IMG/VR virus record: IMGVR_UViG_3300042290_000064
Location: 1 to 38,323 of that record
Length of the DNA stretch: 38,323 nt
Origin: a virus
Lineage: Duplodnaviria; Caudoviricetes
Strand: one strand, 5' to 3'
In this document: one piece after another, positions 25,878-34,191 of the stretch
Position numbering within the stretch: the first letter of the stretch is position 1
How the letters are laid out: each line of letters starts with the position of its first letter
Position numbers and translations under genes: made by a program
The notes under the pieces: model-generated
Database searches by the model: none
The model's input: only the letters and a program-made list of their open reading frames with translations
What the model was told of the DNA's origin: nothing

Positions 25878-27228
25878 GCCGCGCCGCTCGGGCGCCATGG
25901 ATGCGATACGCCCAACCGGGAGCGTAGCCCCGCTGCTTGGCAACAGCGAGCAGCTCGGCCAGTGAGCGGGCTTTGCCCACCTGCCGCCGCTGATGGGTGC
26001 GCTCCAGCTCCTGCAGCTCACCATCGCGCTGCTGGATCTCGCGGGCGCTGAGCTTGGCAGCGGTGCCACAGCAGGGGCAGATCGGCGCGGGCTTGAACGC
26101 GGCGTAGCACTCGGGGCAGGTGCGCACTGATGGCGCAGCGCCACCAGCTCCAACGGCGCGCTTTATCCGATCATCTAGCGACCAGTCACGCGGATCATCA
26201 GGCCAGCCATGGCGGTGGACGTTGCCGACGTGATCAAGCACGATCGCCGCGGCCTTACCTGGTGCCGGCCTCAGCACGCGGCCAACCTGCTGCAGGTAGA
26301 GGCCGAGCGATTGGGTGGGGCGGAGCAGGATGGCGCAGCCTGCTGCTGGGATGTCAAAGCCCTCGCTCACCACGTCCACGGTGACTAGCACCTGCAGTTG
26401 GCCGGCGGCGAAGCGGGCGACGGTGGCATCGCGCCGCTGCGGATCAGTGGAGCCAAGCAGGGTGGCCGCCCCGACCCCGAAATTGTTGAAGGCTGCGCAA
26501 ACATGCTCGGCGTGCTTGATGTTGCAGCAGAAAGCGATGGCGCGCTGCCCAGCGGCAAGGCGCTGATAGTGGCTGATGGCGTCACCCGTCACCGTGGGCC
26601 GATCCATGCGCTCGGCGGCTTCCTCGATGGCGTAATCACCAGCGCGGCGATGCAGCCCTGATAGATCGGCAACAGGTGGCGGAGCGTAGAGGCGCGCCGG
26701 GCAAAGGAAGTCACCGCTGATCAGCTCCGCAGTGGATGGCCCGAGCACCAAGCGATCGAACACGATCCCGAGGCCGCGGCCATCTTGGCGGACCGGGGTA
26801 GCTGTGACACCGAGGCGCAGGGCTTCAGGCCAATGGGTGAGCGCCTTGCCCCATGTGTTCGCGGCGGCGTGGTGTGCCTCGTCGATCACGATGAGATCGG
26901 GCTGAGCGGTGATGCGGTCAAGGCGCCGCGCGAGCGTTTGCACTGATGCGACCTGAATTGGTGCATCTGTCGCGACAGTGCCAGCAGCGATGATCCCGTG
27001 CGGCACATCGGCCAGGGTGAGCTTGGCGCTGGTCTGCGCGATCAACTCCCGGCGATGGACCAGCACGATGGCGCTCCGGCCGCGGCTGGCGATGCCTTGA
27101 AGCACCGCGGCGATGATCACGGTCTTGCCCATTCCGGTCGGACCAACCAGCAGCGGCGCGCGTGCGCCGTCACGGTATGCGAGGCGAAGGTCCGAGATGG
27201 CCTGCTGCTGATAAGGCCGAAGCTGCAT
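25870..27228 (-). CDS. Superfamily II DNA helicase (DEAH-like) with C-terminal Zn finger
   Basis: LRPYQ, PTGMGKT, DEAHH, TATP, SEGFDIP, QQVGRVLR, CPEC/CPCC. Confidence 0.93.
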   Translation of the reverse strand: MQLRPYQQQAISDLRLAYRDGARAPLLVGPTGMGKTVIIAAVLQGIASRGRSAIVLVHRRELIAQTSAKLTLADVPHGIIAAGTVATDAPIQVASVQTLARRLDRITAQPDLIVIDEAHHAAANTWGKALTHWPEALRLGVTATPVRQDGRGLGIVFDRLVLGPSTAELISGDFLCPARLYAPPPVADLSGLHRRAGDYAIEEAAERMDRPTVTGDAISHYQRLAAGQRAIAFCCNIKHAEHVCAAFNNFGVGAATLLGSTDPQRRDATVARFAAGQLQVLVTVDVVSEGFDIPAAGCAILLRPTQSLGLYLQQVGRVLRPAPGKAAAIVLDHVGNVHRHGWPDDPRDWSLDDRIKRAVGAGGAAPSVRTCPECYAAFKPAPICPCCGTAAKLSAREIQQRDGELQELERTHQRRQVGKARSLAELLAVAKQRGYAPGWAYRIHGARAARHG

Positions 27229-27232
27229 ACGG

Positions 27233-27261
27233 TTGCATCTGCTGGCATCATGCTATAGGAT
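27233..27261 (+). promoter_or_regulatory. Putative sigma70 promoter TTGCAT-17-TAGGAT for the recombination operon
   Basis: Hexamers at 27233-27238 and 27256-27261 in the 53-bp divergent gap. Confidence 0.55.
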
Positions 27262-27281
27262 ACCGCAAGTCGCCACGGTTT

Positions 27282-28130
27282 ATGGAGAACGCCGACTATC
27301 ACCGCCACTCAGCGGTTTCAAAGAGCCACCTCGATCAGGTCGCCAAGAGCCCACTGCATTACTGGGCGCGCTACTTAGACCCCAATCGGGTGATCCCGGA
27401 GCCCACGCCAGCCATGGCGATCGGCAGCGCGGTCCACACCCACGTCCTAGAGCTGGACCAGTGGGACGCCCGCTACGTCACAGCACCCGAAGGCATCAAC
27501 CGGCGCACCAACGTAGGCAAGGCCGAATGGGAGGCGTTTGAGACCGCCTCTACAGGACGTACGGTTTTAAGCCGTACCGATGCCGAGCTGGTCATGCGCA
27601 TGGGTCACTCGGTCTTTGCGCATCCGGCTGCAGCGATGCTGCTGGCCATGCCGGGCAAAGCTGAGACCACCCACATGTGGACAGATGAGGCGACCGGGCT
27701 GCAGTGCAAATGCCGCCCCGACTGGCTGACCGATGACGGCAGCCTGATCATCGACCTGAAGACCACCGAGGATGCGAGCCCGGCGGGGTTCCGCAAGTCG
27801 ATCGCAAACTGGCGCTACCACGTCCAAGCGGCCTGGTATCTGGACGGCATCGAGCAGGCCACCGGCACCCGGCCAGATCAGTTCATCTTCATCTGCGTGG
27901 AGAAGAAGGCACCTCATGCGGTCGCCGTCTACGCCGCCGATGCCGAGATGATCCAGATCGGCGCTGAGGCTGCAGCCCGCGACCTGGAAGTGCTGGCCAC
28001 CTGCAAGGCCGCTGGCGCCTGGCCTGGCTACAGCGACCAGATCGAGACCATCAGCCTGCCGCCCTGGATGCGGCCGCGGCCAGATGGATCCATGCCACAG
28101 CAACCACCCACTGAAATCGAGACCTACTGA
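27282..28130 (+). CDS. RecE/exonuclease VIII-like PD-(D/E)xK exonuclease
   Basis: YH..SAVSKS.LD...SP.HY, GSAVHT.VLE, CKCRPDW, IIDLKTT, YHVQAAWY; likely start ATG 27282. Confidence 0.9.
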   Translation: MENADYHRHSAVSKSHLDQVAKSPLHYWARYLDPNRVIPEPTPAMAIGSAVHTHVLELDQWDARYVTAPEGINRRTNVGKAEWEAFETASTGRTVLSRTDAELVMRMGHSVFAHPAAAMLLAMPGKAETTHMWTDEATGLQCKCRPDWLTDDGSLIIDLKTTEDASPAGFRKSIANWRYHVQAAWYLDGIEQATGTRPDQFIFICVEKKAPHAVAVYAADAEMIQIGAEAAARDLEVLATCKAAGAWPGYSDQIETISLPPWMRPRPDGSMPQQPPTEIETY

Positions 28131-28804
28131 TGACCGACAGCACAGCACTAACAATCACGCAGCCGGGGGTGTTCTCCGGCATCCAGGCATTCGAGGACGC
28201 GCAGCGGATAGCAAAGGCGCTGGCCAGCTCCACGCTGATCCCGCAGCAGTTCCAGGGGCAGGCGGGTTACGCCAACTGCTTGGTGGCGCTGAACATCAGC
28301 CGGCGGATGGGCATGGATCCGCTGATGGTGATGCAGAACCTGCATATCATCCACGGTCGCCCGAGCTGGTCCAGCCAGTTCATCATCGGCCTGATCAACG
28401 GCTGCGGGCGCTTCAGCCCGCTGCGATATGACATCACCGGCAAAGGTGACACGCTGGCCTGCACGGCTGTGGCCACTGAGCTGAAGACCGGCGAGGAGCT
28501 GCGCGGCCCTGAGGTGACGATGGCCATGGCCAAGAAGGAAGGGTGGGCGACCAAGAGCGGCAGCAAGTGGCTGACCATGCCCGAGTTGATGATCCGCTAC
28601 CGGGCCGCGGCTTTCTGGGGGCGGCTGTTCATCCCTGAGCTGCTGGTGGGCATCCAGACGCAGGAGGAGGTGCTGGACGTGGAGCCGGTGACGGTCAGCA
28701 CCGAGCCAGCACCAGAACCAAAGGCGGAGCTGGCCGACCTAAACAAAAAGATCCAGACCAAGATGACCGAGGAGGTGCCGACCGATGACGAAGACATCTT
28801 CTGA
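28130..28804 (+). CDS. RecT/Red-beta-like single-strand annealing protein
   Basis: Coupled to the RecE-like gene; LASSTLIPQQFQG...NCLVAL...DPLMVMQN...HGRPSW...SKW.TMPELM.RYRA; acidic tail. Confidence 0.8.
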   Translation: MTDSTALTITQPGVFSGIQAFEDAQRIAKALASSTLIPQQFQGQAGYANCLVALNISRRMGMDPLMVMQNLHIIHGRPSWSSQFIIGLINGCGRFSPLRYDITGKGDTLACTAVATELKTGEELRGPEVTMAMAKKEGWATKSGSKWLTMPELMIRYRAAAFWGRLFIPELLVGIQTQEEVLDVEPVTVSTEPAPEPKAELADLNKKIQTKMTEEVPTDDEDIF

Positions 28805-28976
28805 GTTTTTGACTGATCTTGAACTGGCTGATCGCTGGCACATGCACCGCCAGACCTTGATCAGCTGGCGATCGGCTGGCACCGGCCCAGCATTTGTGCG
28901 CATCGGTCGGCGCGTGCTCTATCCCCTGGCCGAGGTGGAGCAATACGAAAAGGCCAACACCATCACTCACGATTGA
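28785..28976 (+). CDS. Excisionase/AlpA-like winged-HTH protein
   Basis: FLTDLELADRW.MHRQTL.SWR..GTGPAFVRIGRRVLY. Confidence 0.8.
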   Translation: MTKTSSEFLTDLELADRWHMHRQTLISWRSAGTGPAFVRIGRRVLYPLAEVEQYEKANTITHD

Positions 28977-28978
28977 TC

Positions 28979-29356
28979 ATGACTTTTAAGAGCAAAGGCG
29001 CCATCTTCAAGAACACGCCGGAGAAGCTGCAGCAGCGGCTTGGCGACCGCTATGACGCCGGAAAGAAGTATCCCGATGTCGATGGCGTGTTCGGCATCAA
29101 GGAAGAGGACCGGATGGCGTTCGCCAGCTACATCATGAACGCCGAGCCCAACGACAAGGGAGAGATCCCCGTTCGGATCACTGGCTACAACAACACCAGC
29201 CAGAGCGGCGTGAAGTATCTGGGCCTGTCGATCGAGCCGGACTTCAAGACCCAGAAGGTGATCGACGACAAGCTGGCAGCAGCTGGCGCAGCTCAGAGCC
29301 TGGCCAAGGCAACCGGCGGGGAGGTGGTCGCCGCCACCGAGGAGGATCTGTTCTAG
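28979..29356 (+). CDS. Putative single-stranded DNA-binding protein
   Basis: KGAIFKN...KYPD..G...SQSGVKYLGLSI; acidic-aromatic C-terminus EEDLF; in the recombination operon. Confidence 0.55.
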   Translation: MTFKSKGAIFKNTPEKLQQRLGDRYDAGKKYPDVDGVFGIKEEDRMAFASYIMNAEPNDKGEIPVRITGYNNTSQSGVKYLGLSIEPDFKTQKVIDDKLAAAGAAQSLAKATGGEVVAATEEDLF

Positions 29357-29556
29357 CGCTGCATCAGTTCAAGCTCCAGCCGGGCAATCTCATGGACCGC
29401 CTGCTGGAGCACCTGCTGCTGGTAACAGCACTGGCGAAGGAGCTGAGCAGCGATCTGGCCGGTGTTAGTGCTGCGCTCTAGGGCGCGGCACTCCGCCTCC
29501 AGCTTGAACAGTTTCTCGGGCGGGATGTCCACCGCCATCCATTCACCGAAGTTCAT
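29353..29556 (-). CDS. Hypothetical coiled-coil protein (67 aa)
   Basis: MNFGEWMAVDIPPEKLFKLE...LLRQ..YQQQVLQQAVHEIARLE; fills the gap with a 4-bp convergent overlap. Confidence 0.7.
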   Translation of the reverse strand: MNFGEWMAVDIPPEKLFKLEAECRALERSTNTGQIAAQLLRQCCYQQQVLQQAVHEIARLELELMQR

Positions 29557-29586
29557 CTATAAGGGGCGGGTCGCCCCATCTTGCCC

Positions 29587-29922
29587 ATGCTTTGCCCACA
29601 GTGCAGCCACAGCGTCCACCGCGCGGCTGTGACGAACAGCCACCCAGAGGATCAGATCGTGCGCAAGCGGGTCTGCGAGGCGTGCGGCCATGCGTGGTTT
29701 ACGGTCGAGGTGATGGTGCCCAGCTATGCGGTGGGCTGGAGCGCCGCGCACAAGCGCAAGCCGGTGCTGCGGGTGCCGATGGAGCTAAAGGCCGGCCGCA
29801 CGCGGCTACGGGTGAAGCACCAGGAGGCGAAGGACCAGCTGGCGCCGCTGCGGGAGGCGAACGAAAGGCGTTCGCGGGAGGCCGATGGCTGGCCGCATGA
29901 AGAAATGTCACACCGGGGGTGA
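29587..29922 (+). CDS. NrdR-like Zn-ribbon protein lacking the ATP cone
   Basis: MLCPQC...IVRKRVCEACGHAWFTVE matches the NrdR N-terminal Zn ribbon pattern. Confidence 0.7.
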   Translation: MLCPQCSHSVHRAAVTNSHPEDQIVRKRVCEACGHAWFTVEVMVPSYAVGWSAAHKRKPVLRVPMELKAGRTRLRVKHQEAKDQLAPLREANERRSREADGWPHEEMSHRG

Positions 29923-29944
29923 TGCGCTGCCCGCGGTGCATCAT
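29923..29944 (+). promoter_or_regulatory. Phage early-promoter motif, copy 1 (TGCGCTGC-N4-GGTG-CATCAT)
   Basis: Aligns without gaps to 34282-34303; lies upstream of the 29986 gene cluster. Confidence 0.5.
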
Positions 29945-29985
29945 CATTAGGGGACGGCCGACGAGGCCACCACCCACTGACAGCC

Positions 29986-30165
29986 ATGACCGCCACCGCT
30001 CAACTCCAACTCGACCTGATGGCCAAAGGCGCCTTCATGGTTGACGCCGGCACCACCGCCACCAAGCTCGGCACCTACCGCTTCACCGTTAACTACGCCG
30101 GCGAGATCGAGCGCTTCTACACCCTGAAGCAGGTCAAGACCTGGGCGCTCTACAACCTCGACTGA
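29986..30165 (+). CDS. Hypothetical early protein (59 aa)
   Basis: Own translation: MTATAQLQLDLMAKGAFMVDAGTTATKLGTYRFTVNYAGEIERFYTLKQVKTWALYNLD; strong C-ending codon bias. Confidence 0.75.
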   Translation: MTATAQLQLDLMAKGAFMVDAGTTATKLGTYRFTVNYAGEIERFYTLKQVKTWALYNLD

Positions 30166-30200
30166 GCCCTCCGGGGTTCCCCGCCACCACCCACATCACC

Positions 30201-30344
30201 ATGATCACCAACCCGTGGATTAACCGCATCACCGCACTGGTGACGCTCGCCGCGATCTATGCGGCTGGCTACGCCGGCGGTCGTGATGCTGCCGTGCAAG
30301 CCCACAACGATCACCCGGCGTGCCATGCGCCGCTCCGCCCATGA
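30201..30344 (+). CDS. Small membrane protein (47 aa)
   Basis: MITNPWINRITALVTLAAIYAAGYAGGRD...; ATGA overlap with the next gene. Confidence 0.65.
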   Translation: MITNPWINRITALVTLAAIYAAGYAGGRDAAVQAHNDHPACHAPLRP

Positions 30345-30517
30345 CCAAGATGCGCCGTTTCTACTTCCAGATCCGCTCAGCCAACGTGATCGAGTGCATC
30401 TGGGCGCACAGCCTGACCGATGCCAAAGCCAAGGCAGCCATTGACTGGATGCCGTGGTGGAACCAGATTGAGTGGCTGAATCCTGCAACCGTTACCGACC
30501 CGTCCATCCATGCGTGA
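30341..30517 (+). CDS. Hypothetical protein
   Basis: MTKMRRFYFQIRSANVIECIWAHSLTDAKAKA...; coupled overlaps on both sides. Confidence 0.7.
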   Translation: MTKMRRFYFQIRSANVIECIWAHSLTDAKAKAAIDWMPWWNQIEWLNPATVTDPSIHA

Positions 30518-30734
30518 GATCGTTCCGTTCCAGTGGATCGAGGAGACCACTGCCAGCCGCCACGGCGACGGCATCAGCCGCCCACATGCCAAGACCCGCA
30601 CGCGGGAGTACCGGCTGCTGGTCTACAAGCCCGGCGCCATGCCGATGACATGGATCACCCGCGCCGAGACCAAGAAGCACGCGATCAAGTACGCCGAGGC
30701 ACGCTGGCCTGGCGCAGTGGTGGAGGTGGCGTGA
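30510..30734 (+). CDS. Hypothetical protein
   Basis: 74 aa, part of a chain of coupled ORFs. Confidence 0.7.
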   Translation: MREIVPFQWIEETTASRHGDGISRPHAKTRTREYRLLVYKPGAMPMTWITRAETKKHAIKYAEARWPGAVVEVA

Positions 30735-31276
30735 TGACTGACCACAAAGCAACACCAGAGCAGTGGGAGCATGTACACATTTGCGCCGGTATGGAACACC
30801 AAATCCCGTGGGCTGCTGCGGATTGCCTTCTTGAACTCCGCGATAGGGTCCAGTTGCTGGAGGATGCTGCTCAGAAGCACATCATCGAAACTAGTGCCAA
30901 CATCTTGGCCTTGGCGAGCCGGGTCGACTCGCTGGAAGCGGCCAAGCGCCCAGCGTCTAAGGTCTACGAGATCAATAAGCCGCTGCAATTGACGCCCGAG
31001 CAGGCGCAACAGGTCAGGGATCTGCTAGCACCCAACTCCAAGCCAACTCCTAATTCCTTTCAAATTGGGAGGCCGCTGGTGGAGCGGGTTGCCCTCGCCA
31101 TTAGCGGGGTGGAATACGGCCTGGAGCGAGACGAGGAAGCCGTCAACTGGGCATCTGAAGCCCGCGCCGCGATCCGCGAGGTGGCGGCGTGGATGATTGA
31201 CCGGAAGCGCGACGACGACTGGCTCGCACCTTTTGATGAGCTTGCCGATCTATTGCAAGAGGAGGCCAATCGATGA
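30734..31276 (+). CDS. Hypothetical protein (180 aa)
   Basis: From ATG 30734 after GGAGG: MTDHKATPEQW...CLLELRDRVQLLE...EARAAIREVAAW. Confidence 0.75.
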   Translation: MTDHKATPEQWEHVHICAGMEHQIPWAAADCLLELRDRVQLLEDAAQKHIIETSANILALASRVDSLEAAKRPASKVYEINKPLQLTPEQAQQVRDLLAPNSKPTPNSFQIGRPLVERVALAISGVEYGLERDEEAVNWASEARAAIREVAAWMIDRKRDDDWLAPFDELADLLQEEANR

Positions 31277-31455
31277 CTGACTACAAGTTCGTACCCTTGG
31301 ACAGCCTTGAGAACCGCCTCGGCGACGCCCTTGGCCTTGCGATCGCCATGATCCGCAAGCCCGAGATCATCGACAACAAGACCATGGCTCAGATCGAAGT
31401 TCCGTTTAAGGAGTGGTGCGACGGTCTCGTTGACGGAGGGCTGCTCAATGCCTGA
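31273..31455 (+). CDS. Hypothetical protein
   Basis: 60 aa; GGAGG upstream and ATGA overlap. Confidence 0.7.
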   Translation: MTDYKFVPLDSLENRLGDALGLAIAMIRKPEIIDNKTMAQIEVPFKEWCDGLVDGGLLNA

Positions 31456-31792
31456 CATCACCCCACCGCCGGAGCTGGTGCAGCAGTGGAACACAGAAGG
31501 TCGCCATCAGGACTACTGCACTCTCACTGAGTCCATAGCCACCCGCGCCGCCCAGTGGGGCGCTGACCAAGAGCTGGAGGCGTGCTGTGAGTGGCTGCAT
31601 TGGCAGAACCTGGCCACGCATTCCGAGCTGATCCCCTCGCTCCGCGCCGCCCGCCGCCCCAAGCCGCCGAGCTTAAAGGAGAAGGCGTTGGAGGGACTCA
31701 CACGTCTTGTATCAACAGGTGAATTCTTCAGTAACCAGATGACAGATCTCAACACCATCCGCCGCGCCTTGGAGGCCCTGCCCAATGACTGA
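31448..31792 (+). CDS. Hypothetical protein (cyanosiphovirus-type)
   Basis: ITPPPELVQQW...AAQWGADQELEACCEWL...LRAARRPKPPSLKEKAL. Confidence 0.75.
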   Translation: MPDITPPPELVQQWNTEGRHQDYCTLTESIATRAAQWGADQELEACCEWLHWQNLATHSELIPSLRAARRPKPPSLKEKALEGLTRLVSTGEFFSNQMTDLNTIRRALEALPND

Positions 31793-32039
31793 CATCTCCC
31801 CCGCCGCGCAGGCGGTGCTGAATACTGCTAACAACGTTAGTTCTTACGGTCCAGATGACTGCCTCAACGAATCTCGCTGGATTGCCGCCGCCGCTCTGCG
31901 AGCTGCTGCGGATCAGGTGGTGCCGACAGAAATGGATCTGCCTCCCATTGCGCCTGACCTTGGTCACTTTCGACAACACGAGCGCCGGCTAACTCGCCAG
32001 CGCCTCCTCGCCATCGCCGCCGAGCTGGAGGGCGCCTGA
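31785..32039 (+). CDS. Hypothetical protein (cyanosiphovirus-type)
   Basis: SPAAQAVL...IAAAALRAAADQVVP...LLAIAAELEG. Confidence 0.75.
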   Translation: MTDISPAAQAVLNTANNVSSYGPDDCLNESRWIAAAALRAAADQVVPTEMDLPPIAPDLGHFRQHERRLTRQRLLAIAAELEGA

Positions 32040-32239
32040 TGGATCACATCCGCGCCAAACTGGAGGCCCTAATCAGCGACTCCGGCATGTTCCACGCCGG
32101 CCAGCAGGAGGAGCGCCAGCGGCTGGCCACGCTGCTGCGTGCTCGCCTTGATCAGCTGGCCAACCTGCCATGTCACCCGCACATCTCCGCGCGCCGCGAG
32201 GAGCTGCTGAACATCCTGCAAGCACTGATCCAATCATGA
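32039..32239 (+). CDS. Hypothetical protein
   Basis: 66 aa, helical, TGATG-coupled. Confidence 0.7.
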   Translation: MDHIRAKLEALISDSGMFHAGQQEERQRLATLLRARLDQLANLPCHPHISARREELLNILQALIQS

Positions 32240-32502
32240 ACCGCGTCCAACTCGACCAGCAGCGCGCCGACATGCTCGACGCGCTCTATGAAGCCAGCGG
32301 CCGCACCTGCGGCACCTACACCGGGCTGTGGGAGGAGTTCTGCCGCGACATCGCTGCCAACTTCCGCGACACCGCCTACCCAGAGCTTCATGCCGCCTGC
32401 GTGCTGGCGATCGGTGATGCCGAGAGCCACCTGGCAGAGAAGCACGCGCAGCAGTGCATCGCCGTCTGCCGTCGTTTCCTGCTGGGCGGGCGATGGTCCT
32501 GA
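32236..32502 (+). CDS. Hypothetical protein
   Basis: MNRVQLDQQRADMLDALYEASGRTCGTYTGLW...; ATGA overlap. Confidence 0.7.
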   Translation: MNRVQLDQQRADMLDALYEASGRTCGTYTGLWEEFCRDIAANFRDTAYPELHAACVLAIGDAESHLAEKHAQQCIAVCRRFLLGGRWS

Positions 32503-32726
32503 GCGATCGCCGCCCCAAGGGCAAGGGCCGCAACTTTACGGTCAACATCAGGATGAGCCGTGAGGAGATCGAGCAGGCGCGTGAACTCGGCGGCGGCAAT
32601 GTGTCGATGGGTTTTCGTTGGGCATTGCGTTACGCCTCAGACCGGAACATGAGGCCCATGACGTTGACCACGTTGCTGCGATCTGCAGCGGTGTTGGCCA
32701 GTGAATTGGAGGACAGGAAGCGATGA
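32493..32726 (+). CDS. Putative RHH-type DNA-binding protein
   Basis: RRPKGKGRNFTVNIRMSREEIEQARELGGGNVSMGFRWAL (strand-helix-helix pattern). Confidence 0.6.
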   Translation: MVLSDRRPKGKGRNFTVNIRMSREEIEQARELGGGNVSMGFRWALRYASDRNMRPMTLTTLLRSAAVLASELEDRKR

Positions 32727-32923
32727 GCGATCCGGTCAATCATCCCGACCACTACCGGCAAGGCGACATCGAGTGCATCGACGCAATCGAGGCCGCGCTG
32801 ACGCCAGAGGAGTTCCGGGGCTATTGCAAGGGGAATGTGCTCAAGTACGTCTGGCGCGAGCGCTACAAAGGCGAAGACTCGCTGTTGAAAGCTGCGTACT
32901 ATCTCGCCAAACTGAACCGATGA
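32723..32923 (+). CDS. DUF3310 / T7 gp1.7-like protein
   Basis: DPVNHPDHY..GDIECIDAI...GYCKGNVLKYVWR...K....LLKA.YYL. Confidence 0.85.
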   Translation: MSDPVNHPDHYRQGDIECIDAIEAALTPEEFRGYCKGNVLKYVWRERYKGEDSLLKAAYYLAKLNR

Positions 32924-33153
32924 TCCTCCCGAACATCTCACTGCTGGACCGCCTAGCGATCTGGGTGCTGCATCGCAGCCCGCGGATTAGCTTGCTGGTG
33001 GTGAAGGACCAGTTCTGGCCGGATGTGTTCCTGTCGGCCAATCCAGTCGATCCAGCCGCGGCATACGTTGCTGCCGGAATAACTGAGCCGGATCCACCGA
33101 GCATGGTGCTGGAGCGGCTCTACCACATGCCCGCACACGGCGAACGCGAATGA
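32920..33153 (+). CDS. Hypothetical protein
   Basis: From ATG 32920: MILPNISLLDRLAIW...LERLYHMP. Confidence 0.65.
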   Translation: MILPNISLLDRLAIWVLHRSPRISLLVVKDQFWPDVFLSANPVDPAAAYVAAGITEPDPPSMVLERLYHMPAHGERE

Positions 33154-33494
33154 TCTCGCTCCACGCCGGCCGCCTGCTGTTGACCTGCGAGCGGGCAAGC
33201 CAGACGTGGCACGCGCACATCATCCTTGGCCCCAAGCCTGAGCACCAGCTGGTGGCCGATACCGGCACCGTTGACCTGCGCCAGGCGATGCTGCGGGGGC
33301 AGAACCTCTACACCGCGTTTCGTGCCAAGGCGCGGCCAGTGGAAGCTGAACTCAAAGTGATGTGCTGGGATTGCATCCATTGGACACCTGGGGGCCGCGG
33401 CCGGTGCGAGCTGGACATCCCCGAATGTCGCCAGACTGGGGGCAGATTTGCGCCGACCTGCGCGGTGTTCACACCATGCAAGAGCCCACCGTAA
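33150..33494 (+). CDS. Hypothetical protein with Cys-rich C-terminus
   Basis: CWDCIHW...RCELDIPEC...FAPTCAVF. Confidence 0.7.
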   Translation: MISLHAGRLLLTCERASQTWHAHIILGPKPEHQLVADTGTVDLRQAMLRGQNLYTAFRAKARPVEAELKVMCWDCIHWTPGGRGRCELDIPECRQTGGRFAPTCAVFTPCKSPP

Positions 33495-33658
33495 TCAGCC
33501 GGACCGAGCGCGATGGCGGGTGGATCGACACGCTGGAGCCGGCTGCTGGCGGGGAGCTGTATTACCGCAGCTGCGCGCATGGATACTGCCGCTATTCCAG
33601 CGACATGTGGCAGGCTGAGCTGTACCTCAACCACCTGCTCGCTCGTGACTTTGGCTGA
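33476..33658 (+). CDS. Hypothetical protein
   Basis: MQEPTVISRTERDGGWIDTLEP...YYRSCAHGYCRYSSDMWQA. Confidence 0.65.
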   Translation: MQEPTVISRTERDGGWIDTLEPAAGGELYYRSCAHGYCRYSSDMWQAELYLNHLLARDFG

Positions 33659-34025
33659 GATCACCTACCTGTCGATCATCTACTGGGTCGCCTGCGTTCT
33701 CATCATCTGGGGGCTCAGCAAGATCCTGCCCTAGCCACTGCAGGATCGCCCATTCGCGGGTGGCGGACCAAAACGGCTGCGCGCGGAACCAGTCCACCCA
33801 GCCCTTGTGGCCTTTCTGGCTGTTGCACATGAAACAGCAGCTGACGAGGTTCTGGCGTACCGTCAGGCCGCCGTGGACCTTGGGGGTGACGTGATCGAGA
33901 GTTGGGCTGCGGCCGAGCGGGTCGCCGCAGTAGGCGCACTCGTAGTTCCATGCCAGATGGATCTGATCACGCGCCGAGCGGCGGGTGATGAGCCGGGTCT
34001 CGTCAATGTGGTGCTTGTCCACCAT
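33627..34025 (-). CDS. HNH endonuclease
   Basis: CAYCG...TLDHVTPKVHGG....NLVSCCFMCNSQKG. Confidence 0.9.
   Translation of the reverse strand: MVDKHHIDETRLITRRSARDQIHLAWNYECAYCGDPLGRSPTLDHVTPKVHGGLTVRQNLVSCCFMCNSQKGHKGWVDWFRAQPFWSATREWAILQWLGQDLAEPPDDENAGDPVDDRQVGDLSQSHERAGG
33645..33734 (+). CDS. Small single-TM peptide (29 aa)
   Basis: GTG start: MTLAEITYLSIIYWVACVLIIWGLSKILP; overlaps the previous gene's stop. Confidence 0.5.
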   Translation: MTLAEITYLSIIYWVACVLIIWGLSKILP

Positions 34026-34191
34026 CGTCTTGGCCAGGCAGGAGGAAGGCAGAAACGTCGAGATCCACGATGTCGTCGTCGCTGGGGATGAACTCCGCCA
34101 GCTGGCTGTAGATGTCGGCTGGCAGCTCCTGGGGGTCGGTGTCGGATCGAACGATGAGCTTGGCGTTGATCTCGACCAGGTAAGCCCGCAT
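34003..34191 (-). CDS. Small acidic hypothetical protein
   Basis: MRAYLVEINAKLIVRSDTDPQELPADIYSQLAEFIPSDDDIVDLDV...; overlaps the HNH start. Confidence 0.65.
   Translation of the reverse strand: MRAYLVEINAKLIVRSDTDPQELPADIYSQLAEFIPSDDDIVDLDVSAFLLPGQDDGGQAPH

Noticed and set aside
27162-27281. Extended N-termini in the ORF track (27162, 26153, 20403, 30533, 32701, 34224, 34619)
   Set aside because: They overlap neighbouring genes or promoters; downstream ATGs match family starts and translational coupling.
33150-33330. Integrase remnant (arm-binding-like N-terminus)
   Set aside because: The resemblance is faint and no catalytic R-H-R-Y residues or recombinase core follow.
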